From: an uncultured Gammaproteobacteria bacterium
Lineage (GTDB): Bacteria; Patescibacteriota; Patescibacteriia; UBA9934; GWF2-40-263
Length of the DNA stretch: 64,000 bases
Assembly (NCBI GenBank): GCA_964399675.1
Contig: CAYNRK010000004.1
Span: forward strand, 12,715-76,714
Direction of reading: 5' to 3'
Under the pieces are notes generated by a model. The model was not told the DNA's origin. It searched no databases and saw only the letters and a list, made by a program, of their open reading frames with translations. Below, piece by piece: positions 1 through 9,567 of the stretch. Every line of letters begins with the position of its first letter. The stretch's first letter is position 1. The translations under genes and the position numbers were made by a program.

Positions 1-51
1 TTGGTTGAAAAAAAGTCTATTTTTGGCTAAACTACTATAAACTTACCTTGC

Positions 52-447
52 ATGAAATCCTACAAGTTTGCGTTTCGACAATCAGTCAAGACATTCAAAG
101 AAATGAGTAAGAAATCAAAGATGTTTAGACGGACAACGTTACTGTCTGTTCTTCTTCTTGCGCTCGCATTTGCACTTCCTATTTGGCGAGTTATCCCTCT
201 TGTTTCTGAGCAGCCATTCCTGCCACTTCATTACAATATTTATTTTGGTATTGATCGGTTTGGACCTTGGTATTACATTTTCATTCCCGCGATTCTGGGA
301 CTTGTTATTCTTCTCATTAATATTTTGTTTGAAATTCATTTTTATAAACGGGAAAAAATTCTCACGCAAATGTTTTTTGTTTTAACTGTCATTACTGAGC
401 TAACATTACTTGCAGCAACATTTTTCTCTGTTCTAGCCATTATCTAA
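52..447 (+). CDS. hypothetical small integral membrane protein
   Basis: ORF with several hydrophobic helices. No diagnostic motif. Confidence 0.35.
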   Translation: MKSYKFAFRQSVKTFKEMSKKSKMFRRTTLLSVLLLALAFALPIWRVIPLVSEQPFLPLHYNIYFGIDRFGPWYYIFIPAILGLVILLINILFEIHFYKREKILTQMFFVLTVITELTLLAATFFSVLAII

Positions 448-448
448 T

Positions 449-1504
449 ATGACTTTGGAATCATTTGAAATTGTTCGTGTCCTGCTTCTTAGTACAGTGG
501 CGTTTGTGGTTGCTTTTTTTTGGGCGCCTTTGCTTCTTAGAACACTTAGGTATTACAAAGTTGGAAAGTCAATTCGATCAGAAGCAACAGCTCCAATTTT
601 TGCCAAACTTCATGCAAAAAAGCGCGGCACTCCAACCATGGGAGGTATATTGATTTGGGGAACGGTTTTTGTGCTTGCAATTGTGCTTTCGCAAATAGCG
701 CCATTTTTTCAAGACGGGTCATTGTTGTCACGTCTTGATTTTTTATCCCGAGGAGAAACTTTGTTGCCACTTGGGGCATTGGTTGCGTCAGCTGTTGTTG
801 GGTTTGTAGATGATTATTTTGATGTAAAAGGTTTTGGAGCAAAAGGTGGAGGTTTACGAATGCGCCACAGACTTCTTATTTACACATTGATTGCAATAGT
901 TGGAGCCTGGTGGTTTCGAGTAAAACTTGACTGGGATCTTTTGCATGTTCCATTTTTTGGTGATTTTAATATTGGACTTTGGTATGTTCCGTTTTTTATT
1001 TTTGTAATTGTGGCAACAGCGTTTTCTGTAAATGAATCAGATGGACTTGATGGTTTAGCCGGCGGCACGCTTATGACAGCGTTTGGTGCATTTGCGCTTA
1101 TTGCTTTTGCACAAGGGAAATATGATTTGGCTGTGTTTTGTAGTGTAATTCTTGGTGCGCTTTTGGCCTTCTTGTGGTTTAACATTAATCCAGCTTCATT
1201 TTTTATGGGTGATACCGGATCAATGTCGCTTGGTGTAACGCTTGGAATTGTAGCCATGCTAACGAACTCTGCTTTATTATTGCCAATTATTGGATTTGTT
1301 TTTGTGCTTGAGTCTCTTTCTGTGATTGCTCAAATCTTTTCCAGAAAAGTTTTTAAGAAAAAGTTTTTAAAATCCGCACCATTTCATCACCATTTGGAAG
1401 CTATTGGTTGGCCAGAGCCTCAGATTGTGATGAGGCTTTGGGTTGTTTCTATTATTTTTGCATCCATTGGTGTTGCCCTTGCTTTACTTGATGCACTCTT
1501 ATAA
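449..1504 (+). CDS. mraY: phospho-N-acetylmuramoyl-pentapeptide transferase
   Basis: Multi-TM protein with MraY signature segments (..GLDGLAGG.., ..MGDTGS..). Confidence 0.9.
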   Translation: MTLESFEIVRVLLLSTVAFVVAFFWAPLLLRTLRYYKVGKSIRSEATAPIFAKLHAKKRGTPTMGGILIWGTVFVLAIVLSQIAPFFQDGSLLSRLDFLSRGETLLPLGALVASAVVGFVDDYFDVKGFGAKGGGLRMRHRLLIYTLIAIVGAWWFRVKLDWDLLHVPFFGDFNIGLWYVPFFIFVIVATAFSVNESDGLDGLAGGTLMTAFGAFALIAFAQGKYDLAVFCSVILGALLAFLWFNINPASFFMGDTGSMSLGVTLGIVAMLTNSALLLPIIGFVFVLESLSVIAQIFSRKVFKKKFLKSAPFHHHLEAIGWPEPQIVMRLWVVSIIFASIGVALALLDALL

Positions 1505-1506
1505 TC

Positions 1507-2613
1507 ATGCGTGGTTCAATCGGTTCAATCGATTATGTTTATTTGGGAATTATCATGGCGATAATTCTGTTTGGGTTTATCATGCTTTTGTCAGCTTCTT
1601 CACCAATTGGATACGATTCATTTGGCGACAGCTATTATTTCATCAAGCACCAAGTTATTTTCGGATTTATTCCAGGCCTTGCGGCATTGCTTGTGTTTAG
1701 TCGGGTTCCATATACTTTTTGGAAAAAGCATGCCTGGAACTTGTTGATTATTTCAATTGTTTTACTTGTTCTTGTTTTTATTCCAGGATTATCCGCGGGA
1801 ATTGGAACAGCACATAGTTGGATTTCAATTGGGGGAGTTTTTTCACTTCAGCCATCTGAGATTGTGAAATTAACTTTTTTGTTTTATTTGGCTGCGTGGT
1901 TGGGGCAACGCGGACGACATTCCGTAAGTAATGTGCAGGCAGGGTTTGTGCCATTTGTGTCTGTGCTTGGAACAATCATGATCCTCATGGTTTTGCAACC
2001 GGACATTGGAACAATGTTTATTATTGCTGCAATGTCGCTTGTTGTTTATTTTGTTGCCGGAGCGCCAATCACTTATATCATTGGTTTGGTTCTTGCCGGA
2101 GCAGCAGGCCTTGCAGCGCTTATTGGTTTTGCACCTTATCGCGCAGCACGGTTTACAACTTTTTTGCATCCTGAACTTGATCCGCAGGGAATTGGCTATC
2201 ACATTAACCAAGCGCTTTTAGCAATTGGATCAGGTGGAATATTTGGTTTGGGTTATGGTCACTCGCGACAAAAGTTTCAATATCTTCCAGAGGTTGCCGG
2301 AGATTCGATTTTTGCTATTATCGCTGAAGAAATGGGGTTGATTTTTTCTTTTTTGACAATTGGTCTGTTTTTGCTATTTTTGTGGAGAACTGTTGAGATT
2401 GCAAAGCAAGCGCCTGATAAGTTTGCAAAGTATGTGGTTGTCGGAGTTGGTGCATGGATTGCGATTCAAGCTTTTGTTAACATTGGATCAATGGTTGCAT
2501 TAATGCCAATTACCGGCGTGCCTCTTCCGTTTATAAGTTATGGCGGAACCTCACTCGCGGTTTCAATGGCAGCGGTTGGAGTGGTGTTAAATATATCGAA
2601 GTCATCAAAATAA
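1507..2613 (+). CDS. ftsW: SEDS-family peptidoglycan glycosyltransferase FtsW/RodA
   Basis: Polytopic membrane protein with C-terminal ..PFISYGGTSL.. motif. Lies between mraY and murG. Confidence 0.85.
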   Translation: MRGSIGSIDYVYLGIIMAIILFGFIMLLSASSPIGYDSFGDSYYFIKHQVIFGFIPGLAALLVFSRVPYTFWKKHAWNLLIISIVLLVLVFIPGLSAGIGTAHSWISIGGVFSLQPSEIVKLTFLFYLAAWLGQRGRHSVSNVQAGFVPFVSVLGTIMILMVLQPDIGTMFIIAAMSLVVYFVAGAPITYIIGLVLAGAAGLAALIGFAPYRAARFTTFLHPELDPQGIGYHINQALLAIGSGGIFGLGYGHSRQKFQYLPEVAGDSIFAIIAEEMGLIFSFLTIGLFLLFLWRTVEIAKQAPDKFAKYVVVGVGAWIAIQAFVNIGSMVALMPITGVPLPFISYGGTSLAVSMAAVGVVLNISKSSK

Positions 2614-2853
2614 ATTTCGTATGCGTCTTTGCGAGGAAGGAGGCGTTAGCCGACTGACGAAGTCGAGCTGAGCTCGACGAAGCAATCTCCATGTTATTAT
2701 GTCATCCCGACCGAGCGAAGCGAGCGGAGGGATCTCGAATATGCGAGATCTCTCCGTGCGCTCGCTTTGCTCGCTTAGTCGAGATGACAAAGCATGACCA
2801 CACGGAGATTGCTTCGTCGGCCTAGCGGCCTCCTCGCAACGACGCAGTGCTAT
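2614..2853. repeat. family-A nested palindromic element (modules gcgtctttgcgagg, gaagcaatctccgt, gtcatcccgaccgagcgaagcgagcggag, gatctcgaatatgcgagatc)
   Basis: Long imperfect hairpin read directly from the sequence. Same modules recur at 15 or more other places. Confidence 0.85.
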
Positions 2854-2854
2854 T

Positions 2855-3916
2855 ATGAAAATACTATTCACAGGCGGAGGAACGCTTGGGCCTGTCACAC
2901 CTCTTTTGGCAGTGATGGAAGCTTTTAAGAAACAAGACAAGTCTGTTGATTTTGTTTGGGTTGGAACAAAACATGGTCCTGAACAACGGTTGATTAAAAA
3001 GTTAAACGTTCGATTTTATTCATTACCAAAAGCGCGACTGCCTCGCCACTTTTCTCTTGAATGGCTTTTATTGCCAATAACTTTTTTGTCTGCATTTTTG
3101 GCAGCTATTCATATCTTGCATCAAGAAAAACCAAACGTAGTTGGATCTGCCGGTGGTTATACTGCAGTGCCGATTATTTATGCAGCAAAGTTTTTAAAGA
3201 TTCCGGTTTGGATTCATCAGCAAGATGTTCGTTTGCTTCTTACAAATAAGATTACGGCTTCCAAAGCAAAATTTATTACAGTTGCCTGGGAAGCATCAAA
3301 GAAAGATTTTTCTAGTCTGACAACCCAAGTGATTGGAAACCCTGTTAGGCAAAGTGTTATTGATGGTTTAAAAAAGAACGCGCAAGATCAATTTGAATTA
3401 AACAAAAACAAACCAACTGTTCTTGTGATGGGAGGAGGGTCCGGTGCGAAATGGTTGAATCAACAAATGGCAGAAATTGGCAAAAAGCTTGCCGGGAGCG
3501 CAAACGTTATTCATCTGACCGGTCGTGGGAAAATGATTGCAAGGCTCGAGGAGCTGCACGATGATTATCATGCTGTTGAATTTTTATCAGAAGGAATGGC
3601 TGATGTGCTGAATGCTGCAGATGTGATCGTTTCTCGTGCTGGCATGGGTGCGATTACTGAGTGCAGTGCTCTTTCAAAGGCTTGTGTTTTTGTGCCGCTT
3701 GTTGAATCGCATCAGGAGGATAATGCAAAAGCTTTGGGTGAGTCAGTGGTTGTTCTTGAACAAAAGAGCACAACAACATCTGTGTTGTTGAAGAGTGTTT
3801 TGGAATTGGTTGGTGATGAGAAAAAAAGAAAAGCACTTGGGAGTGCTCTTCATAATCGTTTGAGAACTGATTGTGTATCTGAGATTGTGCAAGTTTTGAA
3901 AACGATTGCAAAATAA
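2855..3916 (+). CDS. murG: UDP-GlcNAc:undecaprenyl-PP-MurNAc-pentapeptide GlcNAc transferase
   Basis: N-terminus MKILFTGGGTLGPVTPLLAV typical of MurG (GT28). Length about 350 aa. Confidence 0.9.
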   Translation: MKILFTGGGTLGPVTPLLAVMEAFKKQDKSVDFVWVGTKHGPEQRLIKKLNVRFYSLPKARLPRHFSLEWLLLPITFLSAFLAAIHILHQEKPNVVGSAGGYTAVPIIYAAKFLKIPVWIHQQDVRLLLTNKITASKAKFITVAWEASKKDFSSLTTQVIGNPVRQSVIDGLKKNAQDQFELNKNKPTVLVMGGGSGAKWLNQQMAEIGKKLAGSANVIHLTGRGKMIARLEELHDDYHAVEFLSEGMADVLNAADVIVSRAGMGAITECSALSKACVFVPLVESHQEDNAKALGESVVVLEQKSTTTSVLLKSVLELVGDEKKRKALGSALHNRLRTDCVSEIVQVLKTIAK

Positions 3917-3918
3917 TA

Positions 3919-3946
3919 CGCACCCAATGGGTGCGAATCATTTTTA
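3919..3946 (+). terminator. rho-independent terminator after murG
   Basis: Hairpin cgcaccc-aat-gggtgcg followed by a T-tract. Confidence 0.7.
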
Positions 3947-3955
3947 CTTTTCTGC

Positions 3956-4150
3956 TTATTCTGCTGGAACTGCTGGAGTTTCCTCAGCTGGTGCTTCGGC
4001 CGGTGCCTCAGCAGGAGCTTCGGCTGGTGCTTCGACTGGAGTTTCGACCGCTGCTTCAGGAGCAGCAGCTTCACCACCAGCACAACCAGGGCACTTGCTT
4101 TCCTCGTTGAGGTCTGCAGATGCACTGCAAGAAGTACATGTACCTTCCAT
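3956..4150 (-). CDS. small Cys4 zinc-ribbon-like protein with acidic (PAEA)n tail
   Basis: CxxC-x11-CPGC followed by AEAPAEAP repeats. Upstream on minus strand TTGCAA-17-TATACT promoter-like hexamers. The opposite-strand ORF 3906..4172 starts inside the murG terminator. Confidence 0.35.
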   Translation of the reverse strand: MEGTCTSCSASADLNEESKCPGCAGGEAAAPEAAVETPVEAPAEAPAEAPAEAPAEETPAVPAE

Positions 4151-4274
4151 AATAATGTTGTTAACTAATTAACGGAAATAGTATACACATACGGTTTGAT
4201 TCTTGCAATAGTTTCAAGAATTTGGTATATTCATCGCCGCGATCTTGTCAAATCAATTTATATTCCCAGTTTAT

Positions 4275-4349
4275 GCGCCGGTAGCTCAGTGGTAGAGCAG
4301 AGGCCTTTTAAGCCTAAGGTCGTGGGTTCGATCCCCACCCGGCGTACCA
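4275..4349 (+). tRNA. tRNA-Lys (anticodon TTT)
   Basis: Manual cloverleaf with GCTCAGTGGTAGAGC D-arm, loop CTTTTAA, GGTTCGATCC T-arm and encoded CCA. Confidence 0.85.
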
Positions 4350-4350
4350 C

Positions 4351-4385
4351 AAAAACACTCCAGCTTGCCTGGAGTGTTTTTGTTT
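4351..4385 (+). terminator. rho-independent terminator after tRNA-Lys
   Basis: acactccag / ctggagtgt stem followed by TTTTT. Confidence 0.7.
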
Positions 4386-4410
4386 TAAGTTATGATAAAC
4401 TCTACCTTGT

Positions 4411-5331
4411 ATGAAAATCATAACAACAACTTATAACGGCCCAGATCTGGATGGATATGGGTGTGCTGTTGCGTACGCGGAATTATTGCGCTCGCAGGGC
4501 AAGGATGCTCAGGCGCATGTGTGGGATGATCCACATATTGAGGTTCAGTGGCTTTTTGAAACTTTTAATTTACCACGTGCTTTGGGTCCGGTTGATGACA
4601 AAGATGCACAAACAGTTCTTCTTGATTGCAGTAGCCCTGAGGACATGCCAGGATCGTTTAATCTTGATCAAGTTGTTGAGATAATTGATCACAGAAAAGT
4701 TTTTAAAGTAGACGAATTTAAAAATGCAAAAGTTCAGATTGAGCCAGTTGGTGCTGCAGCAACACTTGTGGCCGAGCGGTTTAAAAAGTTAGGAATCAAT
4801 CCATCAAAAGAAAGCGCCTTATATTTGCTTGGAGGAATTATTTCCAATACACAAAATTTTACTGCTGTAGCAACTGATCGAGATCGTGAAATGGCTAAGT
4901 GGCTTAAAGAAATTTCAAACGCACCAGACGATCTTGCAAAACAAATGTTTATTGCAAAGTCAGATTTGTCTGGTGACAGACTTCAGCAAACTCTCAAAAA
5001 TGATTTTAAAGTCGTTCAAATTCAAAATATAACAGCGGCAATTACACAATTGGAAATTGTCGGAGTGTTGGATCTTGTTGCTCGCCGTCGAGATGAGCTT
5101 GAAGATTTTTTATTGGATCTTAAAAAACAACATGATTCTGATTTGACTTTTGTAAACATGAAGGAGTTGGAAACCGGTGAAAGTTATATTTTATGCGCTG
5201 ATGAAAAGACAAGAGACTTTTTAGCAAACATGCCAGATGTTGACTGGACAGATGGTCTGGGTCATTCAAAAACTTTGACACTTAGAAAACATATTGCCAA
5301 TTGGATTAAGAAAGAGTTGGACAAGAGTTGA
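4411..5331 (+). CDS. DHH-family phosphoesterase (family II inorganic pyrophosphatase-like)
   Basis: N-terminus NGPDLDGYGCAVAYAELL resembles the family II PPase N-term. IIDHRKV sits at the DHH position and a GGIISNTQNF motif is present. Confidence 0.55.
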   Translation: MKIITTTYNGPDLDGYGCAVAYAELLRSQGKDAQAHVWDDPHIEVQWLFETFNLPRALGPVDDKDAQTVLLDCSSPEDMPGSFNLDQVVEIIDHRKVFKVDEFKNAKVQIEPVGAAATLVAERFKKLGINPSKESALYLLGGIISNTQNFTAVATDRDREMAKWLKEISNAPDDLAKQMFIAKSDLSGDRLQQTLKNDFKVVQIQNITAAITQLEIVGVLDLVARRRDELEDFLLDLKKQHDSDLTFVNMKELETGESYILCADEKTRDFLANMPDVDWTDGLGHSKTLTLRKHIANWIKKELDKS

Positions 5332-5368
5332 AAGAGCTAATGAATCAGGATTAAACCAATATGATATA

Positions 5369-5413
5369 AAATTACTTATACCAACCGTGACGATCGTCAG
5401 TTATGGTATAAGT
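5369..5413. repeat. 44-bp perfect hairpin (cttatacca..tgacgatcgtca..tggtataag), copy 1
   Basis: Nested palindrome. Near-identical copies at 5948..5992 and 54185..54236. Confidence 0.8.
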
Positions 5414-5441
5414 AATTATTATCAATTCCGTAGTTTGAAAT

Positions 5442-5948
5442 ATGTCAGCTGATAAAAAACAACAAAAGCAAATCTCAAATCTTCTTGGTAAAATCAATAA
5501 CGAAGTGAACGCGTTGTTTTCAGCAAATTGGTCATATTGCGACAGGCGTCAGTGGATTGATATATCTGACGAAGACAAGGAAAGAATTTATCAATACAGA
5601 CGACTTCAGTATTTAAAAAGAAAAAAATGGATAAAAATTAAAAAAACTGAAGAGGGATTGCTTTGTTCATTAACTCAAGTAGGAAAGAAAGAATTACAAA
5701 GACGAGAAATTATTAAGAAAAAAGAAAAATTACCTGCAGGCCAAAAATGTCTTGTGATGTTTGACATTCCTGAAGATGCACGGTCGGGCAGACACGCACT
5801 TCGCCAGTTTCTTAAAAACGCTGACTTTAAAAGAATTCAACTCAGTGTTTGGGAAAGCGATCGTGATATTGGTGAGGAGGTGAAGAAATTTATAAAAAGA
5901 GCCGGTGTCAGCAAGTGGGTAATTGTGTTCGTTGGAAAGAAGTTATAA
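5442..5948 (+). CDS. hypothetical protein with C-terminal Cas2/VapD-like segment
   Basis: C-terminal CLVMFDIPEDARSGRHALRQFLKNADFKRIQLSVWES follows the Cas2 pattern hhhhYDI..R..L...G.R.Q.SVFE. No cas1 or CRISPR array in the window. Confidence 0.4.
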   Translation: MSADKKQQKQISNLLGKINNEVNALFSANWSYCDRRQWIDISDEDKERIYQYRRLQYLKRKKWIKIKKTEEGLLCSLTQVGKKELQRREIIKKKEKLPAGQKCLVMFDIPEDARSGRHALRQFLKNADFKRIQLSVWESDRDIGEEVKKFIKRAGVSKWVIVFVGKKL

Positions 5949-5992
5949 AACTTATACCAACCGTGACGATCGTCAATTATGGTATAAGTATT
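5948..5992. repeat. 44-bp perfect hairpin, copy 2 (direct repeat of 5369..5413)
   Basis: Sequence identity to copy 1 except one base in the loop. Confidence 0.8.
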
Positions 5993-6064
5993 TTTTTGAA
6001 ATTTTTTGGAGTGTTTTAGTTCTGTAACAAATTTATTCAGAGATTACAGTATTGATTGTCTTAG

Positions 6065-8743
6065 ATGTTAAAAAATCGTACAATACAATTGATGAACAGA
6101 AAATTTTTATGGCATTCGTTGTCTGTTGATGAGACTTTAAAAAAATTAAAGTCATCAATGGACGGACTGACAAAACGCGAAGTGGAGGAACGCCGCGAGC
6201 GTTTTGGTTTAAATGAATTACCAAAAGAAAAACCAGTGAAATGGTGGACAGTTCTTTTCGGTCAATTGTCCGGTCCAATGATTGTTATTCTGGCGATTGC
6301 TGCTTTTATAAGCGCTGGACTTCACGAGTGGGTTGATACTGGTGTTATTGTTGCTGCAATTGTTGTAAACACTGCCATTGGTTTTTTTCAGGAACTAAAA
6401 GCCAGTCGCGCACTTGAACATTTACAAGCTTTGGTTCAACCTCATGCTTTTGTTGTTCGTGATGGTAAAGAAGTATTTTTAACAGCCAAAGAAATTATTC
6501 CAGGAGACGTTTTGGTTTTGAAAACCGGAGACAGTATTACCGCAGACGCTCGTCTTATTGAATCAATTGATCTACAAGTAAACGAAGCGTCCCTTACCGG
6601 TGAATCAGTACCAATTTCAAAATCACTTGAGCCAAATAACCGCGGAACTGTTCTTGCTGAGCGAACCTGCATGGTTTTTGCCGGAACTGCAATAGTTGGT
6701 GGAAGAGGCCGTGCTGTTGTAGCTGCAACCGCAACCGACACAGAGCTTGGGTCAATTGCACAACTTGTTTCAGACACTAAAGAAACAAAAACACCACTGC
6801 AACACGAACTTGGTCGTCTGGCGCGATGGATTGCCGGCGCTGTTGTTTTTATAGTTGTAGCTCTTTTTTTTGCAGGGCTGTTTACCGGTCGAGATATAAC
6901 GGAAATGTTTGAGATTAGCGTTGCGCTTGCAGTGGCCGCTGTTCCTGAAGGATTAATTGTTTCTGTTACGATTATTTTGGCTATTGGAATGCAGAGGATT
7001 TTGCGTCGTAAATCTTTAGTACGTCGTCTTGTTGGTGCTGAAACTCTTGGGAGCGTGTCTGTTATTTGCACTGATAAAACAGGAACACTTACAGAGGGAG
7101 AAATGCAAGCCACGAAATTTTCGTTTCTTGATAAAGATGTTCAGTTGTCTGAAATGGTTGGTAAAACACTTACAGCTGGACCAAAAAAGATGGTAGAAAT
7201 TTCTGTTTTGTGTAATGACGCAAGTGTTGCTGAAACAGATGCAGAAGAAATCGAGCTTAGAGGAAGCCCAACTGAACGGGCGCTAATTGACGCAGCGCTT
7301 CGAGTAAACACTGATACAAAAAAGTTAATTGCATCACACAAGCGGCTTGCTGAGATTCCGTTTGATTCTGAGTACAAGTTTATGGTTACGCTGAATGAAT
7401 GGAAAGGAAAAGAGAATCGATTTTTATTAAAGGGCGCGCCGGATATAATTGTTGATTTTTGTGATCAAGTCGAAGTTGCTGGAAAAAAGAAAAAATTGAA
7501 TTCAACACAAAGGGCTTTGATTGATCAAAAGATAAAGGAGTTAACATCAGGTGGCATTAGATTGATAGCTTGCGCTTACAAGCCTTCAAAACAATCCCAG
7601 CCAGGTATTGATAAATCAAAGCTTGGTGGATTTATTTTTGTTGGATTTATTTGTTTACAAGATCCTTTGAGGCCGGATGTTAAGAAAAATATAATGGCAA
7701 CAAAAAAGGCTGGAGTGCAAACAGTTGTTATTACCGGCGATCATCCGCGCACAGCGCGGGCCATTGCAGAAGAGGCCGGGTTGTATTCGTCTGAAGAAAA
7801 TGTTGTAACAGGTGCTGAGATAGATTTGTGGTCTGATCAGGAGCTTGAAAAACGTGTTGGTAGGATTTCTGTTTATGCGCGTGTTGAGCCAGCACATAAG
7901 ATTCGTATTGTTCGCGCTTGGCAGGCTCGGGGCCATGTTGTTGCAATGACAGGCGATGGTGTTAACGATGCGCCAGCACTTAAAGCCGCGGATATTGGTT
8001 TGGCTTTGGGTTCAGGAACAGAGGTTGCCAAGCAAGCATCAGATGTTGTGATCATGAACAATAATCTTGGCACAATCTCAGCAGCGATTGAACAAGGGCG
8101 TGTGATTTTTGACAACATTAGAAAAGTCACTGTGTATTTAATGTCTGACAGTTTTACAGAAATTATTTTGATTGGTGGATCAATGATGCTTGGACTTCCA
8201 CTTCCACTTTTGCCAGCGCAAATTTTGTGGATCAATCTTGTTGCGGACAGTTTCCCGGGCGTAGGGCTCACGCTCGAACCCGGTGAAAGAGATACCATGA
8301 GTTTTCCTCCTCGGCCAAAGAATGAGCCGGTGTTGAACAAAGAAATGATTTCATTGATTTTTGTCATTGGAATTGTAACGGATGTTTTGTTGTTTGCTTT
8401 GTACTTCTGGCTTCTTGGTTCGTTTGATGATTTAAAGCTGGTTCAAACAATGATGTTTGCTGCGGTTGGAATTGATTCTTTGATGTACGTTTTTGCTGTT
8501 AAGAGTTTTAGAAAGCCGATTTTCAAGATCAATCCGTTTTCCAATAAATGGCTTATTTTAGGTATTTTGGTTGGTTTTGGGCTGATGTTGCTTGCAATTT
8601 TACATCCGTTTTTCCAGGAGATTTTTGAAGTCACATCCCTTGGCTTGTCGCACTGGGGTTTACTGCTTATGATAGGCTTGATAAAACTTATTGGTATTGA
8701 AGTTGCAAAGTGGTGGTTTATTCTTAAAAAGAAAAGAGCATAA
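6065..8743 (+). CDS. P-type cation-transporting ATPase (IIA-like, Ca2+/Mg2+ type)
   Basis: Phosphorylation motif CTDKTGTLT, hinge TGDGVNDAPALKAADIG, and 8-10 TM helices. Confidence 0.9.
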   Translation: MLKNRTIQLMNRKFLWHSLSVDETLKKLKSSMDGLTKREVEERRERFGLNELPKEKPVKWWTVLFGQLSGPMIVILAIAAFISAGLHEWVDTGVIVAAIVVNTAIGFFQELKASRALEHLQALVQPHAFVVRDGKEVFLTAKEIIPGDVLVLKTGDSITADARLIESIDLQVNEASLTGESVPISKSLEPNNRGTVLAERTCMVFAGTAIVGGRGRAVVAATATDTELGSIAQLVSDTKETKTPLQHELGRLARWIAGAVVFIVVALFFAGLFTGRDITEMFEISVALAVAAVPEGLIVSVTIILAIGMQRILRRKSLVRRLVGAETLGSVSVICTDKTGTLTEGEMQATKFSFLDKDVQLSEMVGKTLTAGPKKMVEISVLCNDASVAETDAEEIELRGSPTERALIDAALRVNTDTKKLIASHKRLAEIPFDSEYKFMVTLNEWKGKENRFLLKGAPDIIVDFCDQVEVAGKKKKLNSTQRALIDQKIKELTSGGIRLIACAYKPSKQSQPGIDKSKLGGFIFVGFICLQDPLRPDVKKNIMATKKAGVQTVVITGDHPRTARAIAEEAGLYSSEENVVTGAEIDLWSDQELEKRVGRISVYARVEPAHKIRIVRAWQARGHVVAMTGDGVNDAPALKAADIGLALGSGTEVAKQASDVVIMNNNLGTISAAIEQGRVIFDNIRKVTVYLMSDSFTEIILIGGSMMLGLPLPLLPAQILWINLVADSFPGVGLTLEPGERDTMSFPPRPKNEPVLNKEMISLIFVIGIVTDVLLFALYFWLLGSFDDLKLVQTMMFAAVGIDSLMYVFAVKSFRKPIFKINPFSNKWLILGILVGFGLMLLAILHPFFQEIFEVTSLGLSHWGLLLMIGLIKLIGIEVAKWWFILKKKRA

Positions 8744-8945
8744 CTCATCTTGCGTCGTTGCGAGGAGCGAAGCGACGAAGCAATCTCCGTGTTATTATGT
8801 CATCCCGACCGAGCGAAGCGAGCGGAGGGATCTCGCATATTCGAGATCTCTCCGTGCGCTCGCTTTGCTCGTTTAGTCGAGATGACAAAGCATGACTACA
8901 CGGAGATTGCTTCGTCAGTCGGCTTCGCCTCCTTCCTCGCAAAGA
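8744..8945. repeat. family-A nested palindromic element
   Basis: Same four modules as 2614..2853, almost base-for-base. Confidence 0.85.
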
Positions 8946-8961
8946 CGCGGGAAATACAAAT

Positions 8962-9567
8962 ATGAAAATTAAAAGACCGGCACTGTTTTCACAAATAAAA
9001 AAACAATATCAAACGCGTTCGCAAGCGCGGCGAGAAAACATTGGTAAGGCAAATGACGCGCTCAGTAAATCAAAGCGAGCAATTTTTGCTTTGCATCGAA
9101 ATGATCCTGCTGGTGCAGCAAAGTTGATTAAAGAGGCTGTGCAGTTGTTTGTTGTCTGTGAGAAAAAATTTATAAAGTTTCCAAATTTGATACACGAGGG
9201 AGCTTACAGAGCAGCGCTTGAGGAATATGCAGAGGCTCTTTTGTTTGATCAATATTTGAAAAAAGGATCAATTGGAAAAATTGATAAGCGTGCAATGGCT
9301 CCGGATATTTATTTGGCCGGACTTTCAGATACAACAGGTGAGATTGTTAGATATGCTATTCGCGAAGTTACGTCCGGGAATTTTGACCAGGTTAAAAAGG
9401 CAAAAGCTGCGGTTGAAATGATTATTGAGTTTTTGTTGGATTTGGATCTTACTGGTTATCAACGAACAAAATTTGATCAAGCAAAAAAGAATTTGCGTAG
9501 ACTTGAGGAAATAATTTATGACATATCAATCCGATCCACAGCATCCATGGATTTTTCATCGCGATGA
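8962..9567 (+). CDS. hypothetical protein
   Basis: ORF only. Helical and charged. No motif recognised. Confidence 0.4.
   Translation: MKIKRPALFSQIKKQYQTRSQARRENIGKANDALSKSKRAIFALHRNDPAGAAKLIKEAVQLFVVCEKKFIKFPNLIHEGAYRAALEEYAEALLFDQYLKKGSIGKIDKRAMAPDIYLAGLSDTTGEIVRYAIREVTSGNFDQVKKAKAAVEMIIEFLLDLDLTGYQRTKFDQAKKNLRRLEEIIYDISIRSTASMDFSSR

Noticed and set aside
2605-2940. ORFs lying inside family-A repeats (for example 2605..2940 -, 8745..8942 -, 8750..8965 +, 30209..30394 +, 30300..30530 -, 35155..35402 both strands, 37051..37466 both strands, 60409..60769 both strands)
   Set aside because: Their translations (..SERTERSRI(F/C)EIPPLASLGRDD.. and similar) are the same palindrome read in different frames at every locus. 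They are repeat read-through and not genes.
3906-4172. Plus-strand ORF (88 aa, Ala/Gly/Ser repeats) overlapping the minus-strand zinc-ribbon ORF
   Set aside because: It starts inside the murG terminator hairpin and has no promoter or RBS. The low-complexity translation is typical of the antisense frame of a PAEA-repeat gene.
6442-8367. Minus-strand ORFs inside the P-type ATPase gene (6442..7113, 7873..8367 and others)
   Set aside because: They are antisense to a gene with unambiguous P-type ATPase motifs and have no independent signals.
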